Assembly (NCBI GenBank): GCA_964513505.1
Contig: CAZENL010000003.1
Span: 8-64,007 of the forward strand
DNA: 64,000 nucleotides
Direction of reading: 5' to 3'
Source: an uncultured Anaerolineaceae bacterium
Lineage (GTDB): Bacteria > Chloroflexota > Limnocylindria > Limnocylindrales > CSP1-4
Shown here: in pieces, positions 16,210-25,927 of the stretch
Numbering within the stretch: position 1 is the stretch's first letter
How the letters are laid out: the number at the start of each line of letters is the position of its first letter
The notes under the pieces: model-generated
What the model was told of the DNA's origin: nothing
The model's database searches: none
What the model saw: the letters and a program-made list of their open reading frames with translations, nothing else
Position numbers and translations under genes: made by a program

Positions 16210-17628
16210 TCAGGCCGGCGTCTTGCCCAGGGCGTGCCAGTAATGCGCGATGGCATGCGTGCCGCCGTGGTAGTTGGCGAGCACCATCGATTCGTTGGGG
16301 GCGTGGGCATGGTCGTCCGGATTGGCGAAGCCCAGCAGGACCACGGGCAGCTTCAACATCGAGGCGAACGACGCGGCGGCGGGGATCGAGCCTCCACCGC
16401 GCGTGAACAGGGGCGCCTGTCCAAAGACCTCCTCCAGGACGGAGGCGGCCGCCTGGACCGCTGGATGGTCGACGCTCAACACGCTCCACATGCCCAGGTT
16501 GATCAGCTGCACGTCCACGTTGACGCCACGTGGCGCCAGCTCCAGGACCCGGTCACGGACCCGTTCGAACGTCCGCTGCGGGTCCATGTCAGCCACCAGC
16601 CGCGTGCTGATCTTGGCGTGTGCGTGCGCGGGGATGATGGTCTTGCTGCCCTCGCCCTCGAACCCGCCCCACAGCCCGTTGATGTCCAAGGTCGGCCGGG
16701 CACCGGTGCGTTCCAGCACGGTGTACTCCGGCTCGCCGAACAGCTCCGGCACGCCGGCGGACTGGCGGAATGCCTCGTCCTCCAGCGGCAGGCGCGCGAA
16801 CTCGGCCCGATCACGCTCCGTGAGCGGACGCACCTCGTCGTAGAAACCGGGCACGTCCACGCTGCCGGTCGGGGTCTTGAGGCCTGCCAGGATCGTGGCC
16901 AGCGCCTGCGCCGGGTTCTGGACATTGCCGCCGAAGCCGCCCGAATGCAGGTCGACCGGCGGACCGGTCACGTCGATCTGGGCGTACATCAGGCCGCGCA
17001 GCCCGATGCAGATCGCGGGCAGGTTGCCCTCGAAGAAGCCCGTGTCGCTGACGACCGCGAGATCGGCGCCGAGGCGATGCCGGTTGGCCTCCAGCCAGGC
17101 GTCGAAGTTGGTCGAGCCGGACTCCTCCTCGCCCTCGAAGACGTAGCGGACGTTCACGGGCAGGCGGCCCGCCGTCTTCAGCCACGCTCGCGCGGCCCAG
17201 AGGTGGAGATGCGCCTGGCCCTTGTCGTCGGCGGCGCCCCGGGCGTAGATGCGCCCGTCCTCGATGCGCGGCTCGAACGGCGGCCGCACCCACAGGTCCA
17301 GCGGGTCCACCGGCTGCACGTCGTAATGGCAGTAGACCAGGACGGTCGGCGCACCCTCTGCGTGGAGCCAGTCGGCGTAGAAGATCGGGTGGCCCGGGGT
17401 CGGCGAGATCTCGACGTTCTCGAGGCCGCTGGCGCGCGCGTGCTCGGCCATGAACTCGGCCGCCCGCAGCATGTCCTGCTGGCGCTCGCGCAGCGTCGAG
17501 ATGCTGGGGATCTCCAGGAAGGCCCGGTAGTCGTCCAGGCGCTCCTGCTGCGTCTGGTCGATCCAGGCGTCAACCGCCGCCAGCGTGCCGTCGTCCGCCG
17601 TTGTCTTGGCCAAACCTGTGCCTCCCAT
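16210..17628 (-). CDS. M20 family dipeptidase / metallohydrolase
   Basis: The sequence contains VYCHYDVQPVDP and ARGAADDKGQ, and its overall layout matches the ArgE/DapE/CPG2 family. Confidence 0.88.
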   Translation of the reverse strand: MGGTGLAKTTADDGTLAAVDAWIDQTQQERLDDYRAFLEIPSISTLRERQQDMLRAAEFMAEHARASGLENVEISPTPGHPIFYADWLHAEGAPTVLVYCHYDVQPVDPLDLWVRPPFEPRIEDGRIYARGAADDKGQAHLHLWAARAWLKTAGRLPVNVRYVFEGEEESGSTNFDAWLEANRHRLGADLAVVSDTGFFEGNLPAICIGLRGLMYAQIDVTGPPVDLHSGGFGGNVQNPAQALATILAGLKTPTGSVDVPGFYDEVRPLTERDRAEFARLPLEDEAFRQSAGVPELFGEPEYTVLERTGARPTLDINGLWGGFEGEGSKTIIPAHAHAKISTRLVADMDPQRTFERVRDRVLELAPRGVNVDVQLINLGMWSVLSVDHPAVQAAASVLEEVFGQAPLFTRGGGSIPAAASFASMLKLPVVLLGFANPDDHAHAPNESMVLANYHGGTHAIAHYWHALGKTPA

Positions 17629-17700
17629 TCACCGTCCTGTTGGTCGGCATTCAGGGTACCGCCGAAGCCGCCCGGCACGCCGCGCGGCACGTCCGCGCCG

Positions 17701-17735
17701 GAAAACGAAGAACCGGCCGCAGTGGCGACCGGTTC
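17701..17735 (-). terminator. Intrinsic terminator downstream of ftsH
   Basis: A GAACCGG / CCGGTTC stem (17710-17716 and 17729-17735) is followed on the minus-strand RNA by UUCGUUUUC. Confidence 0.55.
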
Positions 17736-17779
17736 CGTATCTCTGGTTGATGCGCTCCGGCCAAGGCCGGATGCCGGCG

Positions 17780-19765
<1,986 letters not shown>

Positions 19766-20016
19766 GGGAAAGAGGCCTCCGAAAGATCCCGTTGAGCCGC
19801 GCCGAACAGGGACTCCAGTATAAGACGGCTTTGGCTCACATCATCGATACGAGCCAGAAGTCCCGTTGGATGGGCGCACCTGCCGGTGGTTGGACCCACG
19901 GGAGACGGACGAGGCCGGGCCGGCGTTCCTCTCGCTCAGGGCGAGGCGAGGATCGGCGGCCGCGCTCGCGGCCGTCGAACGTCCGGCGTAGCGAGACAGT
20001 TCATGCACCGAAAGGT

Positions 20017-20091
20017 TGGTAGCGGAGGGCGGATTTGAACCACCGACCAAGGGCTTATGAGTCCCCTGCTCTACCACTGAGCTACTCCGCC
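20017..20091 (-). tRNA. tRNA with a CAU anticodon (elongator Met, or Ile2 if lysidine-modified)
   Basis: The 75-nt sequence GGCGGAGTAGCTCAGTGGTAGAGCAGGGGACTCATAAGCCCTTGGTCGGTGGTTCAAATCCGCCCTCCGCTACCA folds as a cloverleaf. CCA is encoded, and G1-U72 pair, so it is not an initiator. It resembles E. coli ileX in the anticodon-arm and variable region. Confidence 0.9.
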
Positions 20092-20124
20092 GCGACGGAC
20101 GATTCTAGCGCAGGGTCCGGGCCC

Positions 20125-20667
20125 TCAGGCGGTCAGCGCAAAGAGCATCTCGTCCATGAGCTCGCCGTGCTCATCCGTGCCGTGCCGCGGAAGCAACCGC
20201 TCGCAGCGGAAGCCGGCCCGGGTGAGAACCCGAGCAGAACGTTCATTGCGGGACAGCGCCACCGCCTCGATGCGTCCGATCCGGAGCGGGCCCAGGCAGT
20301 AGGCGATCACGCTGCCGAGCGCTTCCGCCATGTAGCCGTGGCCCCACTGCTCTGGCGCAAGGTCGTAGCCGACCTCGACCCGGCGGACCGGCTGCTCGAC
20401 AAGCCCGTAGTAGCCAATCGAACCGATCAGGGCTTCCTCATCCCGCAGGCTGATGCCCCAGCGCATGCCGGTGCCGTCGGCGATCAGGTCCAGGACGTAC
20501 CGGCGCAACTCCGCGTCGGCTGCGGCCAGATCGGCCGGTGCCGGAAATCCGGAACCGTGGACGATCTCCGGGCGCGAGAAATGCGCGAGGTACCAGGGGC
20601 CGTCGGCTGCCGTCAGTGGCCGCAGCCGCAGCCTCCGTGTCTCCAGGCCCGGAGGCACCGGAGTCAC
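20125..20667 (-). CDS. GNAT family N-acetyltransferase (RimJ/RimL-like)
   Basis: The sequence reads LETRRLRLRPLT...VGYDLAPEQWGHGYMAEA...RNERSARVLTRAGF. Confidence 0.88.
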   Translation of the reverse strand: MTPVPPGLETRRLRLRPLTAADGPWYLAHFSRPEIVHGSGFPAPADLAAADAELRRYVLDLIADGTGMRWGISLRDEEALIGSIGYYGLVEQPVRRVEVGYDLAPEQWGHGYMAEALGSVIAYCLGPLRIGRIEAVALSRNERSARVLTRAGFRCERLLPRHGTDEHGELMDEMLFALTA

Positions 20668-20672
20668 GCGGT

Positions 20673-20960
20673 TCAGGCAGGCGCGACCGCGTCGACCTTG
20701 GCGCGAGCGTCAGCGGGTGAAGTGAACCAGACCTTGTTGATCTCGGTATACGCGGACCACTTGGCCGGCAGCGATTCCTCCGGGAAGATGGCCTGGACGG
20801 AGCACTCGGGCTCACAGGCGCCGCAGTCGATGCACTCGTTCGGATCGATGTAGAGCATGCGATCGACGCCCTGGTCGTAATGGATGCAATCCACGGGGCA
20901 GACAGCCACGCAGGAAAGCTCCATGGTGTCGACGCATGGCTCAGCGATGACGTAGGTCAC
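20673..20960 (-). CDS. fdxA: Ferredoxin (7Fe/2x[4Fe-4S]-type, FdxA-like)
   Basis: The sequence has CVAVCPVDCI and CIDCGACEPEC cluster motifs. The start is GTG with a GGGGA sequence upstream. Confidence 0.9.
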   Translation of the reverse strand: MTYVIAEPCVDTMELSCVAVCPVDCIHYDQGVDRMLYIDPNECIDCGACEPECSVQAIFPEESLPAKWSAYTEINKVWFTSPADARAKVDAVAPA

Positions 20961-21148
20961 AGTTTCGTCCCCTTGTTGTCCTTGTCTTCGCGATCATCGC
21001 CAACTGGGGACACGGGCAACAGGGCCGGGTGGACCCTCCAAACGGGCGTGTCGGCACGACTGCCGGCGGGACCCTCTCATACGGGAAGTGCTCTGCGAGT
21101 CGTCCGGCAACCGTCACCGCCTGCGCCAGACGCTCGGTCAGAACGGGC

Positions 21149-21472
21149 TCAGGACGCGCGCGCCCTCGGACCCAGGAGTGACGCGACGAGGCCGTCCGCG
21201 TGGCGCTCGCGCTGGTTCACGGTCGGTGGTTTGACGGGGGGCCGAACCGGCTCGGGCAGCGGCGCAACCACGTCACCGGAGACGCGCAGCGGGCGCGGGA
21301 CGTCGCGCTGGGCGACCTGCGCGGCGTAGCTGGCGCGCTGCAACCGGCGTGCCCGCGCGTCCTGCCCGACCATCGTGCGAATGGGCCGGCGCTCCCGCTC
21401 CACGCCGGGTGACATGAGCGCGATCAAGGCCATGAGTCCGACGGCTGCGATCGCAAAAACGATGAGTTCCAC
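21149..21472 (-). CDS. Small membrane-anchored hypothetical protein
   Basis: The start is GTG with an AAAGGGG Shine-Dalgarno sequence. An N-terminal TM helix (MELIVFAIAAVGLMALIAL) is followed by an Arg/Pro-rich tail. I recognise no family. Confidence 0.45.
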   Translation of the reverse strand: MELIVFAIAAVGLMALIALMSPGVERERRPIRTMVGQDARARRLQRASYAAQVAQRDVPRPLRVSGDVVAPLPEPVRPPVKPPTVNQRERHADGLVASLLGPRARAS

Positions 21473-21663
21473 GGTTTGCCCCTTTCGTGATCAGGGAAGC
21501 GCGCGCGGCAACAAGCCGCAATAGCGCTTCCGGATGGGCGGGGCATGACCCGTTGGGTGGCCGCCACCCAGGGCGTGCTCCGCGAGCCCACGAGCGATGG
21601 GGTGCGCCGTTTAGGCGCCGGCGGGCACGATCAATGCAACCCAGGTCTGGCGGAGGCGACCGC

Positions 21664-21669
21664 TAGACT
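21664..21669 (+). promoter_or_regulatory. -10 hexamer TAGACT, 7 nt upstream of an ATG (21677) that opens a 14-codon uORF
   Basis: The sequence reads cgcTAGACTgccggccATG. The uORF (MASEIGVRMVITRL) stops at 21719-21721, overlapping the GTG at 21718 of the downstream gene (GTGA). Confidence 0.4.
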
Positions 21670-21717
21670 GCCGGCCATGGCCTCGGAGATCGGTGTGCGC
21701 ATGGTCATCACGCGCCT

Positions 21718-22707
21718 GTGAAAGACCCCGGAGCGTGGTCGCGGTGGGGCCCACCGCCCGACCCACAGCCCGCGCTTCCCAACAGCCGGCCCGGGCCCGC
21801 CTCCGTGGGACAGATCATCGAGGCAGGCGCGCGCGTCCTGCGTCGCCGCTGGAAGCCGCTGGTTGCCGCGGCGATCGTGTTCGGAGGAATCGGGCTGGTC
21901 ATCTCCGAGACGGCGTCGGCGCATTTCACCGAAGTATTCAGCCCCCTGCTGAGCACGGATCCGGTGACGAACGCGCCCGTCTTCAGCGCCACGGACGCGG
22001 ATATCGAGCGTCTCACCTGGGCGGCGCTGGCGAGCCTCGCGGGCTCCCTCATCGCGGCCGCGTCCCTCACCGTGTTCTCCGTCGTCGCATCGGTCTACGT
22101 GGAACGCGCGTACCACGGCGGCTCGACGTCGCTCCGTGCGGCGCTGTCGCACGCCCTGCGCCGCGCGCCGGTCGCGCTCGCGACCTGGCTGCTGACCACG
22201 CTGGTGATGATCGGGTTGATCGTGGCTGTCGTCCTGGTGGCGATCGCTTCGACCAGCATCTTCCCGGGAGACGCGCAGACCGGGGGCGGCATCGGCGTGC
22301 TGCTGGCGCTCATTGCGGGCGTCGCCGGCCTGGTGGCGGTGGTGGCGATCGGCGTGCGCTGGTCGGTCGCGACGGCTGTCGTGGCGCTCGAACCGGTCGG
22401 GCCGATCCAGGCGTTGCGCCGGGCCTGGCACCTGACGGGCGACAACACGTGGCGCGCGTTCGGACTGCAACTCCTGGTGGTGTTCGTGGTCACGATCGTC
22501 GCCGCGCTGATCTCGGAGATCCTGGCCGTGATCGCCGTCTTGTTCGTGAGCGACGGCTCGTCGCTCCAGTTCGGCGTCCAGGTCGGGCTCTCGGTGGCCG
22601 TGGCGCTCCTGACCGCGCCGGTCCTGCCGGTGATGCTGACGGCGCTCTATTTCGACCTGCGCGTCCGGCGCGATCGTCCCGAGCCCGCTCCGGGCCCGCA
22701 GCCCTAG
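21718..22707 (+). CDS. Polytopic membrane protein of unknown function
   Basis: A Pro-rich N-terminus is followed by about 6 hydrophobic segments. It resembles proteins annotated as GPDPase-membrane-domain or DUF-type. The family is uncertain. Confidence 0.65.
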   Translation: MKDPGAWSRWGPPPDPQPALPNSRPGPASVGQIIEAGARVLRRRWKPLVAAAIVFGGIGLVISETASAHFTEVFSPLLSTDPVTNAPVFSATDADIERLTWAALASLAGSLIAAASLTVFSVVASVYVERAYHGGSTSLRAALSHALRRAPVALATWLLTTLVMIGLIVAVVLVAIASTSIFPGDAQTGGGIGVLLALIAGVAGLVAVVAIGVRWSVATAVVALEPVGPIQALRRAWHLTGDNTWRAFGLQLLVVFVVTIVAALISEILAVIAVLFVSDGSSLQFGVQVGLSVAVALLTAPVLPVMLTALYFDLRVRRDRPEPAPGPQP

Positions 22708-22752
22708 CACTCGCAGCGGCATCGTCGCTCTCCCGGTTCCTTCGGCCCCCGC

Positions 22753-23241
22753 CTAGCCCCCGAACAGCAGCTTCAACCAGTCATCCAGTGGTGTCGTCGG
22801 GCTCGACGGCTCGTCCGAACTGCCGAGCGGCGTAATCGGTTGAGGATCCGGGGCGCCGGGCTCCAGCGCGAACGCGCGCTCCCGTGGCAGGCCCATGCCG
22901 AAGCCGCGCGCCTCGAACTGGAGGAACGCGTCCGTCTGGATGTAGGCGATCTCCGCCCGGCCGGCCGCGACCTGGGCGCGCAGCGCGGCGTTGGTGGCTT
23001 CCTCACGTGCCTGGCGTGCGTTCAGCGCATTCGAATCGGCGAGCGCCCGGCCGAACACGGCCACGAGCCAGATGGTGACCAGGATCCCGATGATGCCACC
23101 GAGCGTGCGACGCTCGCTGCCGCTGGCGCTGGGAAACGAGCTGCGAAGGCTGCGCCGGCCGCCGGACGGGAGCGGCCGTACCGATGCCGAAGCCGGCGTG
23201 ATGGGCTGTGGCGGCGACGATCTTCCGGGCAGCCGTGGCAT
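22753..23241 (-). CDS. Septum formation initiator (FtsB/DivIC-like) protein
   Basis: This is the ORF 22753..23604 trimmed to the ATG at 23241. It has a single TM helix (GGIIGILVTIWLVAVFG) followed by a coiled coil, and ends ...IAYIQTDAFLQFEARGFGMGLPRERAF, which is typical of the family. Confidence 0.72.
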   Translation of the reverse strand: MPRLPGRSSPPQPITPASASVRPLPSGGRRSLRSSFPSASGSERRTLGGIIGILVTIWLVAVFGRALADSNALNARQAREEATNAALRAQVAAGRAEIAYIQTDAFLQFEARGFGMGLPRERAFALEPGAPDPQPITPLGSSDEPSSPTTPLDDWLKLLFGG

Positions 23242-23248
23242 CCGGAGA

Positions 23249-23270
23249 GCGTAGCTGTCGACAGCTACGC
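23249..23270. promoter_or_regulatory. Perfect 22-bp palindrome GCGTAGCTGTCGACAGCTACGC
   Basis: It lies 8 nt upstream of the ftsB-like ATG and overlaps a TACGCT -10-like hexamer at 23248-23253 on the minus strand. It is about 75 nt upstream of the mrfA -10. Confidence 0.5.
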
Positions 23271-23345
23271 TGTCAACGTGCCGGCATCGTCGGAGTACGC
23301 CGGATTCGTGCGAGAAATGCAAGCTCAGGGGCTTGCGTGAGGGTC

Positions 23346-23351
23346 TAGACT
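23346..23351 (+). promoter_or_regulatory. -10 hexamer TAGACT upstream of mrfA
   Basis: The sequence reads gtcTAGACTgccgg, 20 nt before the ATG at 23372. This argues against the TTG at 23333 as the start. Confidence 0.4.
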
Positions 23352-23371
23352 GCCGGACACAAACCGAACAG

Positions 23372-25738
23372 ATGAGCGGTTTGTCTCCCGCGAGCGCCGC
23401 CCGCGGCAACGGAGGTCCCCACGCAGTGCGCCTGTACGAGCCGCTCGGTACCGCCCAGACGCTGGATCGATTCCTGGCCGACCCGATGGTCGCGGATGCG
23501 ATCGCGGTGCGCAGGGAGATTCCGGCCCGCCCCGCGATCCTGGAGCCGATGCCGGCGTGGCTGGATCCACGGCTGCGCCTTGCCTTGAGCCGTCGCGGCA
23601 TCACCTCTCTCTACTCCCACCAGGCGGAGGCCATCGCGGCCGTGCGCAACGGGGAGGACGTGGTCGTGGTCACGCCCACCGCGTCGGGCAAGTCGCTCTG
23701 CTACAACCTGCCGGTCCTCCAGGCGATTGCGGACGATCCGCAGTCCCGGGCGCTGTACCTCTTCCCCACCAAGGCGCTCGGCCAGGACCAGACCGCCGAG
23801 ATCCGGGAACTTGCGGCGCTCGCGGACATGGAGCTCTCCGCCGGCGTCTACGACGGGGACACCCCGGCGCCGATCCGCAGCACCATCCGAGCCGCCGGCC
23901 AGGTGGTGGTCACCAACCCGGACATGCTCCACTCGGCCATCCTTCCGCATCACACCAAGTGGTACCAGCTGTTCGAGCAGCTGCGTTACGTGGTGGTGGA
24001 CGAGGCGCACGCCTATCGCGGCGTCTTCGGCAGCCACGTCGCCAACGTGCTGCGCCGCCTGCTCCGCATCTGTGCCCACTACGGCACCAGCCCACGGATC
24101 GTCTGCTGCACGGCGACCATCGGGAACCCGGGCCAGCTCGCCGAGACGCTCACCGGACGCTCCCCCGTCCGCGTGGTCAACCGCAACGGCGCGCCGGCGG
24201 GCATCAAGCACATCGTGGTGCTCAACCCACGGCCGACGGACATCCGCATGGGCATCCGCCCGGGTCCGCTGGGGCTGTCCAAGCGAGCGGCGCTCACCTT
24301 CCTGCGGGCGGGTCGCCAGACGATCGTGTTCAGCAAGGCGCGGGTGGCCGTGGAGCTACTGCTCATCGGCCTGAAGGAGGCCCTGCGGGATGGCCGAGGC
24401 CCACTGGAGCGAGTCCGTGGCTATCGGAGCGGCTACCTGCCGTCGGAGCGGCGCGCGATCGAAGCGGGACTGCGCACCGGCGAGGTGCTGGGCGTGGTGA
24501 GCACCAATGCCCTGGAGCTGGGCATCGACATCGGCCGGCTGGACGTGGCGGTGCTGGCCGGGTATCCGGGCACGATCGCGGCCACGTGGCAGCAGATGGG
24601 GCGCGCCGGACGCCGCCAGGACGTGAGCGCGGCCATCCTGGTGTGCGGCGCGTCTGCCGTGGACCAGTACGTGGCCAATCACCCCGACTACCTCTTCGAG
24701 ACCTCGCCGGAAGAGGCGCGCCTGGACCCGGAGAACCTGCACGTACTGCTGGCGCATCTCCGGGCGGCCACCTTCGAATTGCCCTTCGACCCGGGCGACC
24801 ACTTCGGCGAAGCCAATGCGGACGATCTGCTGGCCTTCCTCGCCGAAGAGGGGCACGTCCGCCAGGCGGAGGACCAGCGCTGGTACTGGGCGAGCGAGAA
24901 CTTCCCGGCATCGGAGATCAGCCTTCGCGTGGCGTCGCCGGAGAACGTGGTGATCATCGATACGGGCGGGCCGCGCCCCCGCGTGATCGGCGAGGTGGAC
25001 CTCTTCGCCGCGCCGACGCTGGTCCACGAGAACGCCATCTACCTGCACGAGTCGCGGCAGTACCACGTGGACCGGCTCGAGTGGGGCGAGCGCAAGGCAT
25101 ACGTGCACCCGATCGACGTCGAGCACTACACCCAGGCGGAGTTGGCGGTGACGCTCAAGCCGCTGGAGGTCTTCGATTCGGCGCCCCTTGCGGCCGGCGA
25201 GCGAGTCCACGGCGAGGTGATGGTCACCACGCTGGCCACCATCTACAAGAAGCTCAAGCTCGAGACGCACGAGAACATCGGCTGGGGCCAGATCCACCTC
25301 CCGGAGACGGAGCTCCAGACCACCGCCTGGTGGCTGGGCGTGGAACCGGCGGCTGTCGCGAGCTGGCGCCGGGACGATCTCGATCGCGCGCTGGTGGGCG
25401 CCGGCAGGGCACTCCAGACGGTGGCCAGCGTGTTGCTGATGAGCGACCCACGTGACCTGGGGCTGGTGGCACAGGTCCGTTCGCCGCATGCGGAGCGGCC
25501 GGTGATCTACCTGTACGAGGCCGTGCCGGGCGGCGTGGGCCTGTCGCCGCGGCTGTTCGAGCGCACGGATGAGCTCCTGGAACGAGCGGTGGAGCTGATC
25601 GACGCCTGCCCGTGCGCGGACGGCTGTCCCGTCTGTGTCGGGCCACCGACGCAGGCCTCGTCGGTGAAGCGTGGCGCGGTCGCGTTGCTGCGGCTGGTGG
25701 CGGGTCGCGTGCCGGCGGCTACGCGACTCACGGCATGA
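23372..25738 (+). CDS. mrfA: DEAD/DEAH-box helicase with a C-terminal DUF1998 zinc module (MrfA/YprA family)
   Basis: Motifs are VVVTPTASGKSLCY (Walker A), VVVDEAHAYRG (DEAH) and a C-terminal CPCADGCPVCVGPP. Confidence 0.9.
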   Translation: MSGLSPASAARGNGGPHAVRLYEPLGTAQTLDRFLADPMVADAIAVRREIPARPAILEPMPAWLDPRLRLALSRRGITSLYSHQAEAIAAVRNGEDVVVVTPTASGKSLCYNLPVLQAIADDPQSRALYLFPTKALGQDQTAEIRELAALADMELSAGVYDGDTPAPIRSTIRAAGQVVVTNPDMLHSAILPHHTKWYQLFEQLRYVVVDEAHAYRGVFGSHVANVLRRLLRICAHYGTSPRIVCCTATIGNPGQLAETLTGRSPVRVVNRNGAPAGIKHIVVLNPRPTDIRMGIRPGPLGLSKRAALTFLRAGRQTIVFSKARVAVELLLIGLKEALRDGRGPLERVRGYRSGYLPSERRAIEAGLRTGEVLGVVSTNALELGIDIGRLDVAVLAGYPGTIAATWQQMGRAGRRQDVSAAILVCGASAVDQYVANHPDYLFETSPEEARLDPENLHVLLAHLRAATFELPFDPGDHFGEANADDLLAFLAEEGHVRQAEDQRWYWASENFPASEISLRVASPENVVIIDTGGPRPRVIGEVDLFAAPTLVHENAIYLHESRQYHVDRLEWGERKAYVHPIDVEHYTQAELAVTLKPLEVFDSAPLAAGERVHGEVMVTTLATIYKKLKLETHENIGWGQIHLPETELQTTAWWLGVEPAAVASWRRDDLDRALVGAGRALQTVASVLLMSDPRDLGLVAQVRSPHAERPVIYLYEAVPGGVGLSPRLFERTDELLERAVELIDACPCADGCPVCVGPPTQASSVKRGAVALLRLVAGRVPAATRLTA

Positions 25739-25927
25739 GTGGTGAGTTCGCCGGCCGCGGGGCCGCGACGGAGGCGCCACATGGCGCCTACGCCGCTCAC
25801 GACATAGCCATGGCCTCGGACCCCGTGAATATGCCGTGACTCGCGTAGACCGTGGCGGGTCGTGCCGCGCTGGCGGCCGGCCACTGTGACATCCGAGGTG
25901 GCACGGGCGGCGGCCAGCCTGCAGGCA

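Noticed and set aside
19792-20077. ORFs 19792..20022 (+) and 19841..20077 (-) next to ftsH
   Set aside because: They overlap the tRNA gene and the ftsH upstream region, and they lack both Shine-Dalgarno sequences and coding character.
20017-20091. The tRNA as an integration hotspot or genomic-island border
   Set aside because: I saw no integrase, direct repeat of the tRNA 3' end, or compositional break on either side. The flanking genes are ftsH and a GNAT/ferredoxin pair.
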